A stretch of DNA of 64,000 bases from contig CAVTBV010000013.1 in the NCBI GenBank assembly GCA_963733095.1, positions 64,001 through 128,000 of the forward strand, given 5' to 3'. The stretch comes from Candidatus Bathyarchaeota archaeon. Its GTDB lineage: Archaea > Thermoproteota > Bathyarchaeia > Bathyarchaeales > Bathycorpusculaceae. The position numbers and the translations under genes are program-made. Under the pieces are notes generated by a model. That model did no database searches. It saw nothing but the letters and a program-made list of their open reading frames with translations, and was not told where the DNA came from. Of the stretch, positions 43,560 through 53,778 are shown in pieces (the stretch's first letter is position 1; each line of letters starts with the position of its first letter).

Positions 43560-44114
43560 TTGAGCACTACTAAAGTTGAAACGATTGAAGAAAGGAAAGC
43601 AGAAGTTCTAATCAAATTAAGAAAATATAAGCTTATCGAAAAAGAAAAATTTGAAGGCGCATATGCCTACATTATCGACATTCCACAGGACAAAGAGAAA
43701 GCAATCGTGTGGTGCATCTTAGGCGAAGCCACAGTCGGCATCGCAGCCATGAACACCCTCTACAAGGTGATGAAGGAAAAAGACCTTGACCGCGCAATAG
43801 TAGTCACCGAAGGGCGATACACTCACGCAGTAAAGTTAGGGGCGAAGAAGAAAAAAGTGGAGTTGTTGCCAAAATCGTTCCCAGTGTTCGACATATTCGA
43901 GCATGCATTAGTCCCATTCCACGAAATCCTCACTGAAAAAGAAAAGAACCAGTTGCTTGCACAGTTCAAAGTTAAACCCTATCAGATGCCGCAGGTTAAA
44001 TCAGGCGACCCAGCTGTCAAAGCGATAGGTGCAAAACCGGGCGATGTTCTGAAAATTACGCGTAAAAGCACAACTGCAGGCGAACACATAACATACAGGT
44101 ATGTTGTAGAATAA
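43560..44114 (+). CDS. rpo5: RNA polymerase subunit Rpo5 (RpoH) with N-terminal Rpb5-like extra domain
   Basis: C-terminal HALVPFHEIL...DPAVKAIGAKPGDVLKITRKSTTAG..ITYRYVV; about 110 extra N-terminal residues. Confidence 0.9.
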   Translation: MSTTKVETIEERKAEVLIKLRKYKLIEKEKFEGAYAYIIDIPQDKEKAIVWCILGEATVGIAAMNTLYKVMKEKDLDRAIVVTEGRYTHAVKLGAKKKKVELLPKSFPVFDIFEHALVPFHEILTEKEKNQLLAQFKVKPYQMPQVKSGDPAVKAIGAKPGDVLKITRKSTTAGEHITYRYVVE

Positions 44115-44127
44115 AATAAAAAATTTT

Positions 44128-44685
44128 TTATTTTGCAATCATGATTTCTGTTGATTTCACGATTGCGGTGACTTCGTCGCCTACTTTTACATCTAATTCT
44201 TCAACTGCTTCTTTTGTTATAACCGCGGTGACGGTTACGGGCATTTTAACTTCAACCTTAACTTTAGCCGTTATCAAGCCTTTTTCAACCGATAAGACTT
44301 TTCCTTTCAACTGATTACGTGCACTTAACTTCAAACCTTTCACCTCCAAACATCCCGGGTCAGACAAAACCCTATCCAAATAAAGCTCCGCCTGCTTATA
44401 CTCGCCCAGCAAACTTTTGCCTAAATCAGTCAGTTTTGCGCCGCCTCCTCCAGATTTGCCGCCCTTATAGGTCTCAACGATCTGTTCTTCCATGGCGTTT
44501 TGGATTTCCTGTACGTAGTTCCAGAGGTAGCGGTAGGACATTCCCAGTGTTTCCGCAGCTCTAGAGAGTGAGTTTTCTTTGTCGATGGCTTCTAAAATTT
44601 CTGCTCCGCCCCTGCCGATTAGGGGTTTTCCTTTGTATTCAAGCCAAGCTTTGCATGAGATTGTGTGTTTTTTGTTGCTGAGCAT
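44128..44685 (-). CDS. modE: ModE-family molybdenum-responsive regulator (HTH + TOBE)
   Basis: SLSRAAETLGMSYR, GGKSGGGAKLT, SARNQLKG. Confidence 0.9.
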   Translation of the reverse strand: MLSNKKHTISCKAWLEYKGKPLIGRGGAEILEAIDKENSLSRAAETLGMSYRYLWNYVQEIQNAMEEQIVETYKGGKSGGGGAKLTDLGKSLLGEYKQAELYLDRVLSDPGCLEVKGLKLSARNQLKGKVLSVEKGLITAKVKVEVKMPVTVTAVITKEAVEELDVKVGDEVTAIVKSTEIMIAK

Positions 44686-44948
44686 TCTGATTATGGCTAT
44701 GTGGTGAAAGCCATATAAAGCTACTTAGCAGCCAAATTTAGAAGTCAAGTTCTCCATTTATGAATTTGCGGGTTATCTCGCTTTTGAGGTGCTCAAAGAA
44801 ATCTTCAGGATTTGCAACCTCAACTATTTCGCCGTTGTGTTTTTCATTTTTTTTCACTGTTTTCCAGTGAGCAGTTTATGCAAATACAACACATATCTGT
44901 TAGCGACTGCGCGAAACCAACATACAAACAAGCCAGAAAGTCTGAAAA

Positions 44949-45164
44949 TTACTTTCTATCCTGCTCTAACTCACTTAAAATAACCAACGCCTCACCAAGA
45001 GGCATCCCTAAGCGCTCCGCAAGCTCAACAGCAGAAACATCCGCCTTCTGAGGAAAAATGCTGTCGCGGGTATAAGCCTTATGAGTCGGGTACATAACCG
45101 ACGCGTGAACTGCCTCAACGAGCAGTTGCCAGAGTTTTTCTTTAGTATAATCATCCAAATTCAT
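44949..45164 (-). CDS. small hypothetical HTH-like protein
   Basis: MYPTHKAYTRD...SAVELAERLGMPLGEALVIL. Confidence 0.65.
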   Translation of the reverse strand: MNLDDYTKEKLWQLLVEAVHASVMYPTHKAYTRDSIFPQKADVSAVELAERLGMPLGEALVILSELEQDRK

Positions 45165-45280
45165 AGGAATCAACCATTGATACACTGATGAGGTTATTAG
45201 TCTACCGCAAACAGGACATTGGGTGGTACAATAAACTTATACCCCCCAATGATGATTCAATTATTAGAGGTTGGCTCTTT

Positions 45281-46252
45281 TTGAAAGCTGCTGTTTATCG
45301 CGGACCGCAATCCATTAAAATTGAAAATGTCCCCGACCCCCAAGTAAAAGCAGGCAGGGTGCTTGTCAATTTTTCTGCTGGAAGCATCTGCGGAACCGAC
45401 ATGCACTTCTATCGGGGCGACTGGAAATGGATGAAGAAAGGTAGAATCATCGGCCACGACGCTTGCGGAACAAGAGCAGATACTGGCGAGCGTGTAGTAA
45501 TGGTTCCTATCGTGAACTGCGGACACTGCTACTTTTGCCAGCGAGGTTTACCAACCTACTGCGTTCGAGGCAAATTCTACGGCTTAACAAGAGACGGCTT
45601 TTTCGCAGAATCCAAAGCGATGCTTCCCCGAAGCCTATTTACCATACCTGCCAATGTAACTGACGAAGAAGCCGCTATAGTGGAACCTGTAGCTTTGGCA
45701 CTTCGAGTCCTAAACCATTTGCAGCCAAATCTGGGCGACTGGGTTACAGTGATTGGTCAGGGAGCTATCGGATTGCTAATGACCCAAATCGCCCTCATGA
45801 AAGGGTGTCGAGTCATTGCAGTTGATTTGGAAGATGACAGATTGGAGCTTGCCGAGAAGTACGGCGCCGATGCGGTCATAAACGCTAAAAAAGAAGATGT
45901 GCGCAGAAAGGTTCGAAAATTGACAAAGATGGGTTCGGATTTTGTGATTGAAGCCGCGGGAACAGTTCAGACGGTTGAGCAGACGCCTTTTCTGGTGCGT
46001 AAAGTAGGGAAAGTTGCTTTGGTCGGTGAATCTAAGGGTTACTTGAATTTGGAGGATGCTGATGAAGCCCAGTTTTTCACAATTTACATCTCACCCGTCG
46101 AGTATCCAGCGGCGGTTGAGTTAATCGCCCGAAAACTTGTGGATGTGAAAGGGCTTATAACACATAGGTTTAAGCTTGAAGAATTCGAGAAGGCGCTAAA
46201 CACAGTGGATAACCCCGCGGAGAAGGCATTGAAAGTGGTAGTAACAAAATAG
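45281..46252 (+). CDS. zinc-binding dehydrogenase (MDR, threonine/sorbitol DH-like)
   Basis: ICGTD, GHD, CGHCYFC...C, GQGAIG. Confidence 0.9.
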   Translation: MKAAVYRGPQSIKIENVPDPQVKAGRVLVNFSAGSICGTDMHFYRGDWKWMKKGRIIGHDACGTRADTGERVVMVPIVNCGHCYFCQRGLPTYCVRGKFYGLTRDGFFAESKAMLPRSLFTIPANVTDEEAAIVEPVALALRVLNHLQPNLGDWVTVIGQGAIGLLMTQIALMKGCRVIAVDLEDDRLELAEKYGADAVINAKKEDVRRKVRKLTKMGSDFVIEAAGTVQTVEQTPFLVRKVGKVALVGESKGYLNLEDADEAQFFTIYISPVEYPAAVELIARKLVDVKGLITHRFKLEEFEKALNTVDNPAEKALKVVVTK

Positions 46253-46391
46253 GCTCAGCAAGTGTATATCAAACTGTATATCATACTGTATAAACAAGCA
46301 CCTTCCTACCCCTTTTCCTGTTTAGAAGATTTTAGCCGTTTTACTTGACCGTAAGGTATATTTCTGTTAGAGAAGTGTTAACCCCAAACTC

Positions 46392-47093
46392 ATGCATATG
46401 GAGCTAACGGTTTTGGCAATAGATGCGGTAATATTCGATTTGGATGGAACACTTGCCAACTTTAACTTGGACTTCAAAGCCATGCGTTCTGAAGTTAGAA
46501 CCTACCTAATGAGCAAAGGTATCCCATCCTCAGTTTTGGATGTTAACGAGAGCATCTTTGAAATGCTAAAAAAAACTGAGATTTACCTGAAAAACAGCTC
46601 TAAATCAAACAGCGCCTTCGAAGAAACACGCAAACAAGCATTATCCATCGCAGAAAAATACGAGATGGAAGCCGCCACAACCACAAACGTGCAAACCGGA
46701 GCCGTTGAAACACTCAAAAACTTACAGAAAATGAACCTAAAAATGGGCCTATGCACAACCAGCAGCGAAAAAGCCTCAAACTATATCCTGCAACGCTTCA
46801 AAATCGACGGCTTCTTCAAAGTCATTGTACCACGCAACAAAGTGAAGTATGTTAAGCCGCATATCGACCAGTTTGAGTTAGCACTAAAAACGTTGGGTAC
46901 ACATGCGAAGTCAGCTCTGATTGTCGGTGACAGCGTGGTCGATATGCAGAGTGCCAAGGAACTCAACGCCATAGCTGTTGGGTTGCCAACGGGGTTATCC
47001 ACAACTGAGCAGTTGATGAGCAGCGGCGCAAACTACATCATAACCTCGCTTAACGATTTGCCTATTCTAATAAAAAAAATAAATAAGGATTAA
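46392..47093 (+). CDS. HAD-family hydrolase
   Basis: FDLDGTL, KP, VGDSVVD. Confidence 0.9.
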   Translation: MHMELTVLAIDAVIFDLDGTLANFNLDFKAMRSEVRTYLMSKGIPSSVLDVNESIFEMLKKTEIYLKNSSKSNSAFEETRKQALSIAEKYEMEAATTTNVQTGAVETLKNLQKMNLKMGLCTTSSEKASNYILQRFKIDGFFKVIVPRNKVKYVKPHIDQFELALKTLGTHAKSALIVGDSVVDMQSAKELNAIAVGLPTGLSTTEQLMSSGANYIITSLNDLPILIKKINKD

Positions 47094-50000
47094 GCAGCAG
47101 TTACTACACCGTCGTCTTTGCAGAGGAGTTTTCTCTCCCGCACCAACCGCTTGAAAACTTCGGAGAACACTGCTTTTGAGCTGTCGCCTGAATGGTTTAT
47201 TCCAAACACCCTGGCGGTTTCAGCAATCAACGAATCATTACTTATCCCTAACGCATACTTAGCAACCATCGTCATGGCTAACTCCACTTCTTCAGGCGCA
47301 ATGTATTCGGGTTTGCGTTTGGATTCCGGAACACCCTTTATCGGCACGCGGATAAGCGTTGCTTTAAGTCCAATCGGCCACAGAAAACTACCCTTAATCA
47401 ATACCTTCTGGGTTCTAATCAGGTTGTTTAGGGCTTCTTTTACAGAATGCGAGATTTTTGGCGTAACATGCTTTATTCCCCATGTCGCCGCTAACCGTTC
47501 AACAGCGTAGTCAAAGTGTACGGGACCTTCGTTCTGTATGATTTCGGCTAAGAGTTTTGTTTGGTTTTCTCGGTTTTCGGGGAAGTGGAACTGGTTTCGT
47601 TGTTTGGAGTCGATGGTGGTTTTGGTGGTGGCTACTTTGATGTAGGGGCTGTAGGTAGCTTTTAGGGGATAAACTTTGTAGGGGACGACGATTTTTTCGA
47701 TGCCTGCGAACGTATTTTTCTGGGTGTCAGTTTTTGGCGCGGCGTCTTCTTTGGTGTCGATGATTGGTTTTTGGGCGTCTTTTTCAAGTTGGTCTCTCTG
47801 GGATTGTTCTATGTTTTCTTTTAGTCTTCTGATTTCTGAGTCGCGTCTTGCAACCCACGCGGGTGACCAGATGCGGTGCAAACGCCAGCCCAGTTGCCGA
47901 AGCACTTGTTCGCGCAATCTGTCACGGTCGCGTGCACTGCTGCTCGATTGGTAAGTCGCGCCATCGCATTCCACACCCAGCAAGAAGCATCCTGGACTAA
48001 CAGGATCCATGACTCCTAAGTCAATTCTGTAGTCGCTACAACCAACTTCTGGAACAACCTCATACCCCATCTTTTTGATTTCAGCAGCCACATCTTCATC
48101 CAAGGCTGAATCGAACGTGCCTTCTTTTGACTTATCGGATAAGGTTTCTGGTCCATGTTCGGCGTAGTCGAGGTAAGTGCGTAGGGTTTGTACTCCGATA
48201 GCTTTGGTGTCTTTGTCGATGTCGGAGGCTTTAATGGACGTTATGAGAACGACTTTTTCCCTTGCGCGAGTAACGGCGACGTTCAAACGGCGCTCGCCCC
48301 CCGGCTTGTTTAACGGACCAAAGTTCATTGCCATTTGCCCCTGCTGGTCAAAGCCGTAGCCTACGCTGAAGAATATGACGTCACGTTCGTCTCCCTGCAC
48401 GTTCTCAAGGTTTTTGACAAAGAAACCTTCTAAGCGATCTTCTTTGAAGAAAGGTTGAAAGTCTGGTTGTTCTTTGAGTTTGTTTTCTATAGCTTCTTCC
48501 ACGGCGTCCATTTGGGCGATGCTGAAGGTTACGACGCCAAGTGTTTTGTGAGGGTAGTTTTTGAAGTGCTCAAAGACGAGTTCGGCGACTTTTTCTGCTT
48601 CTTTGAGGTTGTCGCGTTTGCCACCACGGTCGTAGAGTCCGTCGGGTACATGAACGAGTTTTACTCCTAAACTGTCCGATTCTGCTTTGGCTGATGGGAA
48701 GGTAATCATGGTGTCGTCGTAGAACTGGTGGTTTGAAAAGGCAATAAGCTCTTCGTGTCTGCTGCGGTAGTGCCACCTGAGCGTTTTAACAGGCAACCCA
48801 ATGCCCAAACACTCGTCAAGGATGCTGTCGAAAACCTCCACATCGTCATCGCTGAGTTCATCCCAATCAACGTTGTCGAGCAGGTTCTTCTGGAAAAACG
48901 AAGTGGGTGGTAGCTGTTTGTTGTCACCTGCGACTACAACGGTTTTTCCACGGTAAATAGCACCGATAGCGTCCTCGGGAACAATTTGAGATGCTTCGTC
49001 GAAGAGGACTAAATCAAACTTGTTTTCTGGAGGAAGGAACTGGCTGACCGATATGGGACTCATCAGGAGGCAGGGCTTGAGTTTTACGAGTAGGTTAGGG
49101 ATTTTCTGCATAAGCGTTCGGATGGGCATTAGGCGTCGTTTCTTTGCTGCTTCTTTTAGGAGTATGTTGGCTTCGGTGTCAGCTGCTTGGATGAGTATGT
49201 CTTGGGGTTTACGGCTGTTTGCGGCTTCAATAACCATGCTTGAAGTGAGGTGGATGAGGTCTTGGTCGAGTTTTCTGAAATCCGCAATCAGTTGCTCATG
49301 GTTCTCGCGGCGGAACTTACCCAATTTTTGGTCTTCGTTGCAGATGTTGTTTATCCATTCTTGATAAACGCTCTTGCGGAAAACATCACCAAGGTCAGCT
49401 GAGACAATTTTTTCTTCAACTAAGCGGTTGAAGAATTGGTCGAGGTTTCTTAGGCTAAAGCGGTTTTTGGCATCTTTAAAGTCAATCCAAACCTGCACAT
49501 CGTCCACGCGGTCGCGGAGTGCTTGGATACGTTTGCTTATGACTTTGATTTCTAAGTCCTTGAGCTTCTGGTTCTGATACTTCATTTCTGTTTCAAAGCG
49601 TTTTTCAAAATCTGCCAGAACCTTCAGTGAAACCGCGAGTTGTTGAGTCAACTCCGTGTTGGATGGTGCCACGGTTGGTCCTTGAGCGGCAAGGTCAGCG
49701 AAGGCTTCTGGCACTGCTATGTCGCCGAATGCTGATTGCACTTTTTTGCTCCATTCAAGCACCACAACCATGTCTTGCCAGTTAGTTTCAAGCTCTTGGA
49801 AGCGACTGCCAAATTTCTCTTTCAGTTGAACTTTTTCGCCGACAATTTGAGCTTCTTTCTTTCGTATTTCCTCAGCATTCTTGAGGTCTTCGATGAATTG
49901 TTTGTAGTTTTGGGGTTCTTGCTTGCTTATTGCTAGGGTGTCTTTGGTGAGTGCGCAGAGGGGGTTGAGTTGTTTTTCTGTTTCATTCGCCCATTCCTCA

Positions 50001-52780
50001 ACTATCGACAGCGGCGTCCAACTTATGGCTGCGTCTGATTTCGGCAAACTCGGGGGAACAAGTGATTCCACCTCTTTGCCCTGCTCTTCCCATTTGTCGA
50101 CTGACGCTTGGAGTTCGAAACCCAAATTCTTAATCATGGGAGATGGGCTCGATGATGCGGTTAGCAATTTTAGGAGGGTTTCAGGAATCTGGGTTCCCCA
50201 CGACAACTTTTTAATTTCTTCAGTTAGAACTAAGGCTTTTTCTGCGCCTTGGAAGTCTGTTCGGGTCTTACGGTAATAGTGGCCCATCAAAGTGCGGACG
50301 GTTTCCGCGGAGGCGTCAATTTTCGCTTGGAGCTTTTTGACTTTGCGTGCATCAATTAGGTCCTGTTTTATTGTTTTAGGGACTTTGCCGTCGTTTGTTA
50401 ACCGCGCAATCGCTTTTTGGTCGTTGCGGTAAGTTGCGTTGAAGATTTTTAGGCCGCTCTGGTATTCTCCGTTGTACCTTTCAATCATGCCGTCTAGGTC
50501 TAACTCGTAGATGCCGTCGCTGTAGGTTTCGTCAAGGCGGCTTTTTGTGAGGTGGTGTTCTTGGTAGAGTTGTTTGGCTTTTGTGACGATTTCTTGGACT
50601 TGTTCGAGGTATTTGGCATCGAACCATTCGGGCTCGGGTTTGTCTTCTGCAAAGCATAGGTTCGCTACGCGGGAGAGTTGTTTTAGTTGTGTAACTGTTA
50701 AGTCGGTGCCGTCTAAGCCGAGGAGTTGGGCAAGGGCTTGAGAGGTTTCACGCCACTTGCGGGATACCAATTGTGTGCTTCTGAGGTAAGATAGGACTTT
50801 TTCGCGTTTAGCAAGCAGTTCGCCCTCTTCCACGTTGATAGATGGAAGCAACTTGCCCACTGCCGATACTGCATGCTGCATTTCCGCTGACCTATTAAGA
50901 ACCAAAGTGAAAAGGGCGGGTTGGTAGTGTTCCATGAGATTGGTACGGGTATTCTTTATCCAGATGCTCGTTTCAAGGTAATTTTTGGCTTCGTAAAGGA
51001 GTTTGGCTAAGTCTGGGTTTGTTAGCCAGTAGGCTTCGGGCTTGGGGCTTTCAAAGAGAAACTTGCTTACGTCTATGAGCCATTGTATGCGGGCGAAGCT
51101 TTCTGGCGGAAACACTCCGAGTTTAGCAGAAAAATCTTCAGTCTTTATTTCAAGCTCCCGTAAAGTTTCATTTATCCATTCGAGTGTTGTGAGGAGTTCG
51201 CTTCGGATTTCAAGGTTGTATTTGTCAGCGCGGTATCCTAGCCATGGAAAATCTGTCTCCTCGATTACCTGCCACACTTTGCTGAGCTGCGAGACAAGTT
51301 CTTCGAGTTCACGCATCTTCTGCGGAGTCAACGTTCCCAGATCAGTTAGACCCACAGGAACAAAAGGAACCCGCTCAAGGCTCGAGATGATGCTTAGAAC
51401 TTCGTAGACGCTTCTCTGAAGGTACGGGCGCTTCTCATGCAATGCGGTGACGTAGCCGTTTAAGGCTTCGCGATACTCTACCATTCGTTCGAACTCATTG
51501 GTTGAGGGGAGTTTGCGGGGAATCAGGTTTTCTTCGAGGCTGCGTTTAAGCTCCGCCACCACCTGCTGCTTGTTGGCTTTGCTACTGTGGAGTTCCAAGC
51601 AGAAATGCGCCAAACCAACCTCACTTAATCGTTTGTAAACAACTTCCAATGCCGCCATCTTGTCACTCACAAACAGCACGCTTTTGCCGTTGGCGATACA
51701 CTCAGAAATGATGTTGGCTATTGTTTGGCTCTTGCCTGTTCCCGGTGGACCCTTCATTACGAAGCTTTGTCCACACAGTGCGTATTCGATGGAGACGCGT
51801 TGGCTGCTATCGGCGTCGAGGACCTGGTATGTTTTAGCTGGCGCCTCGATTTTGTCAACATCTTTCTCGTCAGGCAAGCCGCTTAGAATGAGATTGTCTT
51901 CTTTTATCCCCGCTATAGCCTTGATTATTGGGTGCTGAGTAACTAGGGCAGCGTTGGATTCGAGGTCTTTGTAGATGACTAGTTTCTGGAAGGAAAACAA
52001 TCCCAAATCAACCGAAACCTCGGTTTTCCAGCCCATCTCAGCGACCATTTGATCCACCAAAATGAAGTAGTCTGCCAGTTTCTGTTCTTCCCATTCCTCA
52101 GGTAGTGGGGGCAATTCGATTTTGTAGTCGTTCTTCAGTTTTGCTTGCAGGGCAGGGTTTAGGACAGCTTCATCTTCAACTGGCGGTACAGCTATGGTGT
52201 AGGGTTGGCGAATTGTGTCTCTTGTTAATTCTAAAGGTACAAGAATAATGGGCGATTGCATGTTTTCTTTTGTCTCCATATCCGCCCAGTTTAGGGTTCC
52301 AAAAGCTGCGTACAGTATGCGGACGCCTCGCTCCATATAATCGAGAAGTGAGCGACTCTGCAAAATCTTTAAGCTGCGTTCAAGCTCCAACTTACTTAGG
52401 TTCCCGCTGACCAGTTGGTTTGCTGTGGGGCGCTTGGATTCTTCAGGGGTTGTTGCGGCTTTCACTGGGGCTTTTGTCGTCTTAGCCTCCGCTTCTACAA
52501 CTTTAGCTTTTCCTTTGCCTTTGGCTTTTGGTTTTTCAATAGTTTCTGGCGCTTTGGCTTCTTCGGGTGGAACAAAGAATTCCAAACTTTTCTTCTTTAA
52601 AACCAGCACATCAAAAATTTTCTGTGCGTCAGGTTGGCTGATGGGTAGGTTTCCTCGTTTACTCTTGCGGAAATAGAGCAGGTTGTTTTTTCTTGAAAAA
52701 TCAATTAACCTTGATTTCCAATCTTCCACACGTTTCATGGGCGTCGAGGGAGTGATTTCAGTCATTACAGGCACATCCAA
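47090..52780 (-). CDS. DUF4011 - SF1 (UPF1-like) helicase - Vsr-like nuclease - DUF3320 protein (Hhe-like)
   Basis: WKSRLIDFSRKNNLL, GPPGTGKSQT, DEASQ, GDNKQLPPT, HYRS, QGDERD, RRLNVAVTRAR, GVECDG...GWRLHRIWS. Confidence 0.9.
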   Translation of the reverse strand: MDVPVMTEITPSTPMKRVEDWKSRLIDFSRKNNLLYFRKSKRGNLPISQPDAQKIFDVLVLKKKSLEFFVPPEEAKAPETIEKPKAKGKGKAKVVEAEAKTTKAPVKAATTPEESKRPTANQLVSGNLSKLELERSLKILQSRSLLDYMERGVRILYAAFGTLNWADMETKENMQSPIILVPLELTRDTIRQPYTIAVPPVEDEAVLNPALQAKLKNDYKIELPPLPEEWEEQKLADYFILVDQMVAEMGWKTEVSVDLGLFSFQKLVIYKDLESNAALVTQHPIIKAIAGIKEDNLILSGLPDEKDVDKIEAPAKTYQVLDADSSQRVSIEYALCGQSFVMKGPPGTGKSQTIANIISECIANGKSVLFVSDKMAALEVVYKRLSEVGLAHFCLELHSSKANKQQVVAELKRSLEENLIPRKLPSTNEFERMVEYREALNGYVTALHEKRPYLQRSVYEVLSIISSLERVPFVPVGLTDLGTLTPQKMRELEELVSQLSKVWQVIEETDFPWLGYRADKYNLEIRSELLTTLEWINETLRELEIKTEDFSAKLGVFPPESFARIQWLIDVSKFLFESPKPEAYWLTNPDLAKLLYEAKNYLETSIWIKNTRTNLMEHYQPALFTLVLNRSAEMQHAVSAVGKLLPSINVEEGELLAKREKVLSYLRSTQLVSRKWRETSQALAQLLGLDGTDLTVTQLKQLSRVANLCFAEDKPEPEWFDAKYLEQVQEIVTKAKQLYQEHHLTKSRLDETYSDGIYELDLDGMIERYNGEYQSGLKIFNATYRNDQKAIARLTNDGKVPKTIKQDLIDARKVKKLQAKIDASAETVRTLMGHYYRKTRTDFQGAEKALVLTEEIKKLSWGTQIPETLLKLLTASSSPSPMIKNLGFELQASVDKWEEQGKEVESLVPPSLPKSDAAISWTPLSIVEEWANETEKQLNPLCALTKDTLAISKQEPQNYKQFIEDLKNAEEIRKKEAQIVGEKVQLKEKFGSRFQELETNWQDMVVVLEWSKKVQSAFGDIAVPEAFADLAAQGPTVAPSNTELTQQLAVSLKVLADFEKRFETEMKYQNQKLKDLEIKVISKRIQALRDRVDDVQVWIDFKDAKNRFSLRNLDQFFNRLVEEKIVSADLGDVFRKSVYQEWINNICNEDQKLGKFRRENHEQLIADFRKLDQDLIHLTSSMVIEAANSRKPQDILIQAADTEANILLKEAAKKRRLMPIRTLMQKIPNLLVKLKPCLLMSPISVSQFLPPENKFDLVLFDEASQIVPEDAIGAIYRGKTVVVAGDNKQLPPTSFFQKNLLDNVDWDELSDDDVEVFDSILDECLGIGLPVKTLRWHYRSRHEELIAFSNHQFYDDTMITFPSAKAESDSLGVKLVHVPDGLYDRGGKRDNLKEAEKVAELVFEHFKNYPHKTLGVVTFSIAQMDAVEEAIENKLKEQPDFQPFFKEDRLEGFFVKNLENVQGDERDVIFFSVGYGFDQQGQMAMNFGPLNKPGGERRLNVAVTRAREKVVLITSIKASDIDKDTKAIGVQTLRTYLDYAEHGPETLSDKSKEGTFDSALDEDVAAEIKKMGYEVVPEVGCSDYRIDLGVMDPVSPGCFLLGVECDGATYQSSSSARDRDRLREQVLRQLGWRLHRIWSPAWVARRDSEIRRLKENIEQSQRDQLEKDAQKPIIDTKEDAAPKTDTQKNTFAGIEKIVVPYKVYPLKATYSPYIKVATTKTTIDSKQRNQFHFPENRENQTKLLAEIIQNEGPVHFDYAVERLAATWGIKHVTPKISHSVKEALNNLIRTQKVLIKGSFLWPIGLKATLIRVPIKGVPESKRKPEYIAPEEVELAMTMVAKYALGISNDSLIAETARVFGINHSGDSSKAVFSEVFKRLVRERKLLCKDDGVVTAA

Positions 52781-52881
52781 CGGTACAGGTTAGCATTATT
52801 GTAGGGATGTTTCTTTAATACTTACGGTAGTTTCAAAGGTATCTAAACAATCAGGAAGAAAATTTCTTGGAACTAAAAGAG

Positions 52882-53505
52882 TCAGTTGCCTACATTTGAC
52901 CGGTTTATTGCATCTTCAATTACCTGCTTAACATTTTCTAAACCTACTTTTCTTATTTCAAGGACTGTGAGGTTCATACCGGATTTTTCCATGTCTTCTT
53001 TGCATTTTTCTGGGTAACCACAAGTATCTAAAATTACAGCGCCTTTAATGCCGCTGAACATGTTTGCAAACACTGCTTTATCAAACCCTTCTTTCTGCAA
53101 CTGTTCCTTGGCGTATTTAAAGAAACCAATCATGCCCGGACCCATAAACATCAGGTTATGCTCGGGGTCAGCCTCAAAGAACTTGCCTTTGCCGCCGAGT
53201 TGGCAGTCGATGCAGTTGACCGCATCAACCTTAACCACGCCGTACTCCTCAGCGAGCTTTTTCATTTCATTATCTTGCCCCAAACATAAGTCGCCGTAGA
53301 CCAACACTATCTTGCCTTTGAATCTTTTTTGGGTTTGTTTTATAACTTTACGCACATTGTTCTCTAACGCGGCATAGTCGATGTGAAAAAATTTGCTCAC
53401 ATAAACCACATCTGCGTCAAGGTCGCCCTGTTTGATGAGTTGCTGGATTTCTTCTTTTAGGACACTGCACGCTACTAGGCAAATCTTCGTTTTTCCATTT
53501 ACCAT
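52882..53505 (-). CDS. DUF1638 domain protein
   Basis: ACSVLKEEI, LVYGDLC, NCIDCQLG. Confidence 0.75.
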   Translation of the reverse strand: MVNGKTKICLVACSVLKEEIQQLIKQGDLDADVVYVSKFFHIDYAALENNVRKVIKQTQKRFKGKIVLVYGDLCLGQDNEMKKLAEEYGVVKVDAVNCIDCQLGGKGKFFEADPEHNLMFMGPGMIGFFKYAKEQLQKEGFDKAVFANMFSGIKGAVILDTCGYPEKCKEDMEKSGMNLTVLEIRKVGLENVKQVIEDAINRSNVGN

Positions 53506-53646
53506 TAAGTTCAGCTTCAAAAGCAACCTACATATTTATTGGAAATAAAGATTTTCTTAAAATAAGTAAACCGGACTTATTCCGAGCAATGACATATTGC
53601 GTCTTTTGGGTCAAAATTTATATTAAGCGAGCAAGCACTTAGTTGT

Positions 53647-53745
53647 GGGATGTATCCTGCCGGGTGGTTGGAATGTATTTCCCTCTCTTCCTGAAAATTG
53701 AGGTTTATTTTTCAACCGTTCGGTAGGTACCTCCCAAATTTCTTT
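53647..53745 (+). ncRNA. candidate structured sRNA (long hairpin)
   Basis: TTTATATT at 53617; 25-bp stem 53647-53673 / 53710-53735 with five G-U pairs; T-rich tail. Confidence 0.6.
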
Positions 53746-53778
53746 GTTCAGGCAAAAACCAAGCGTTTTTGCTCCAAA

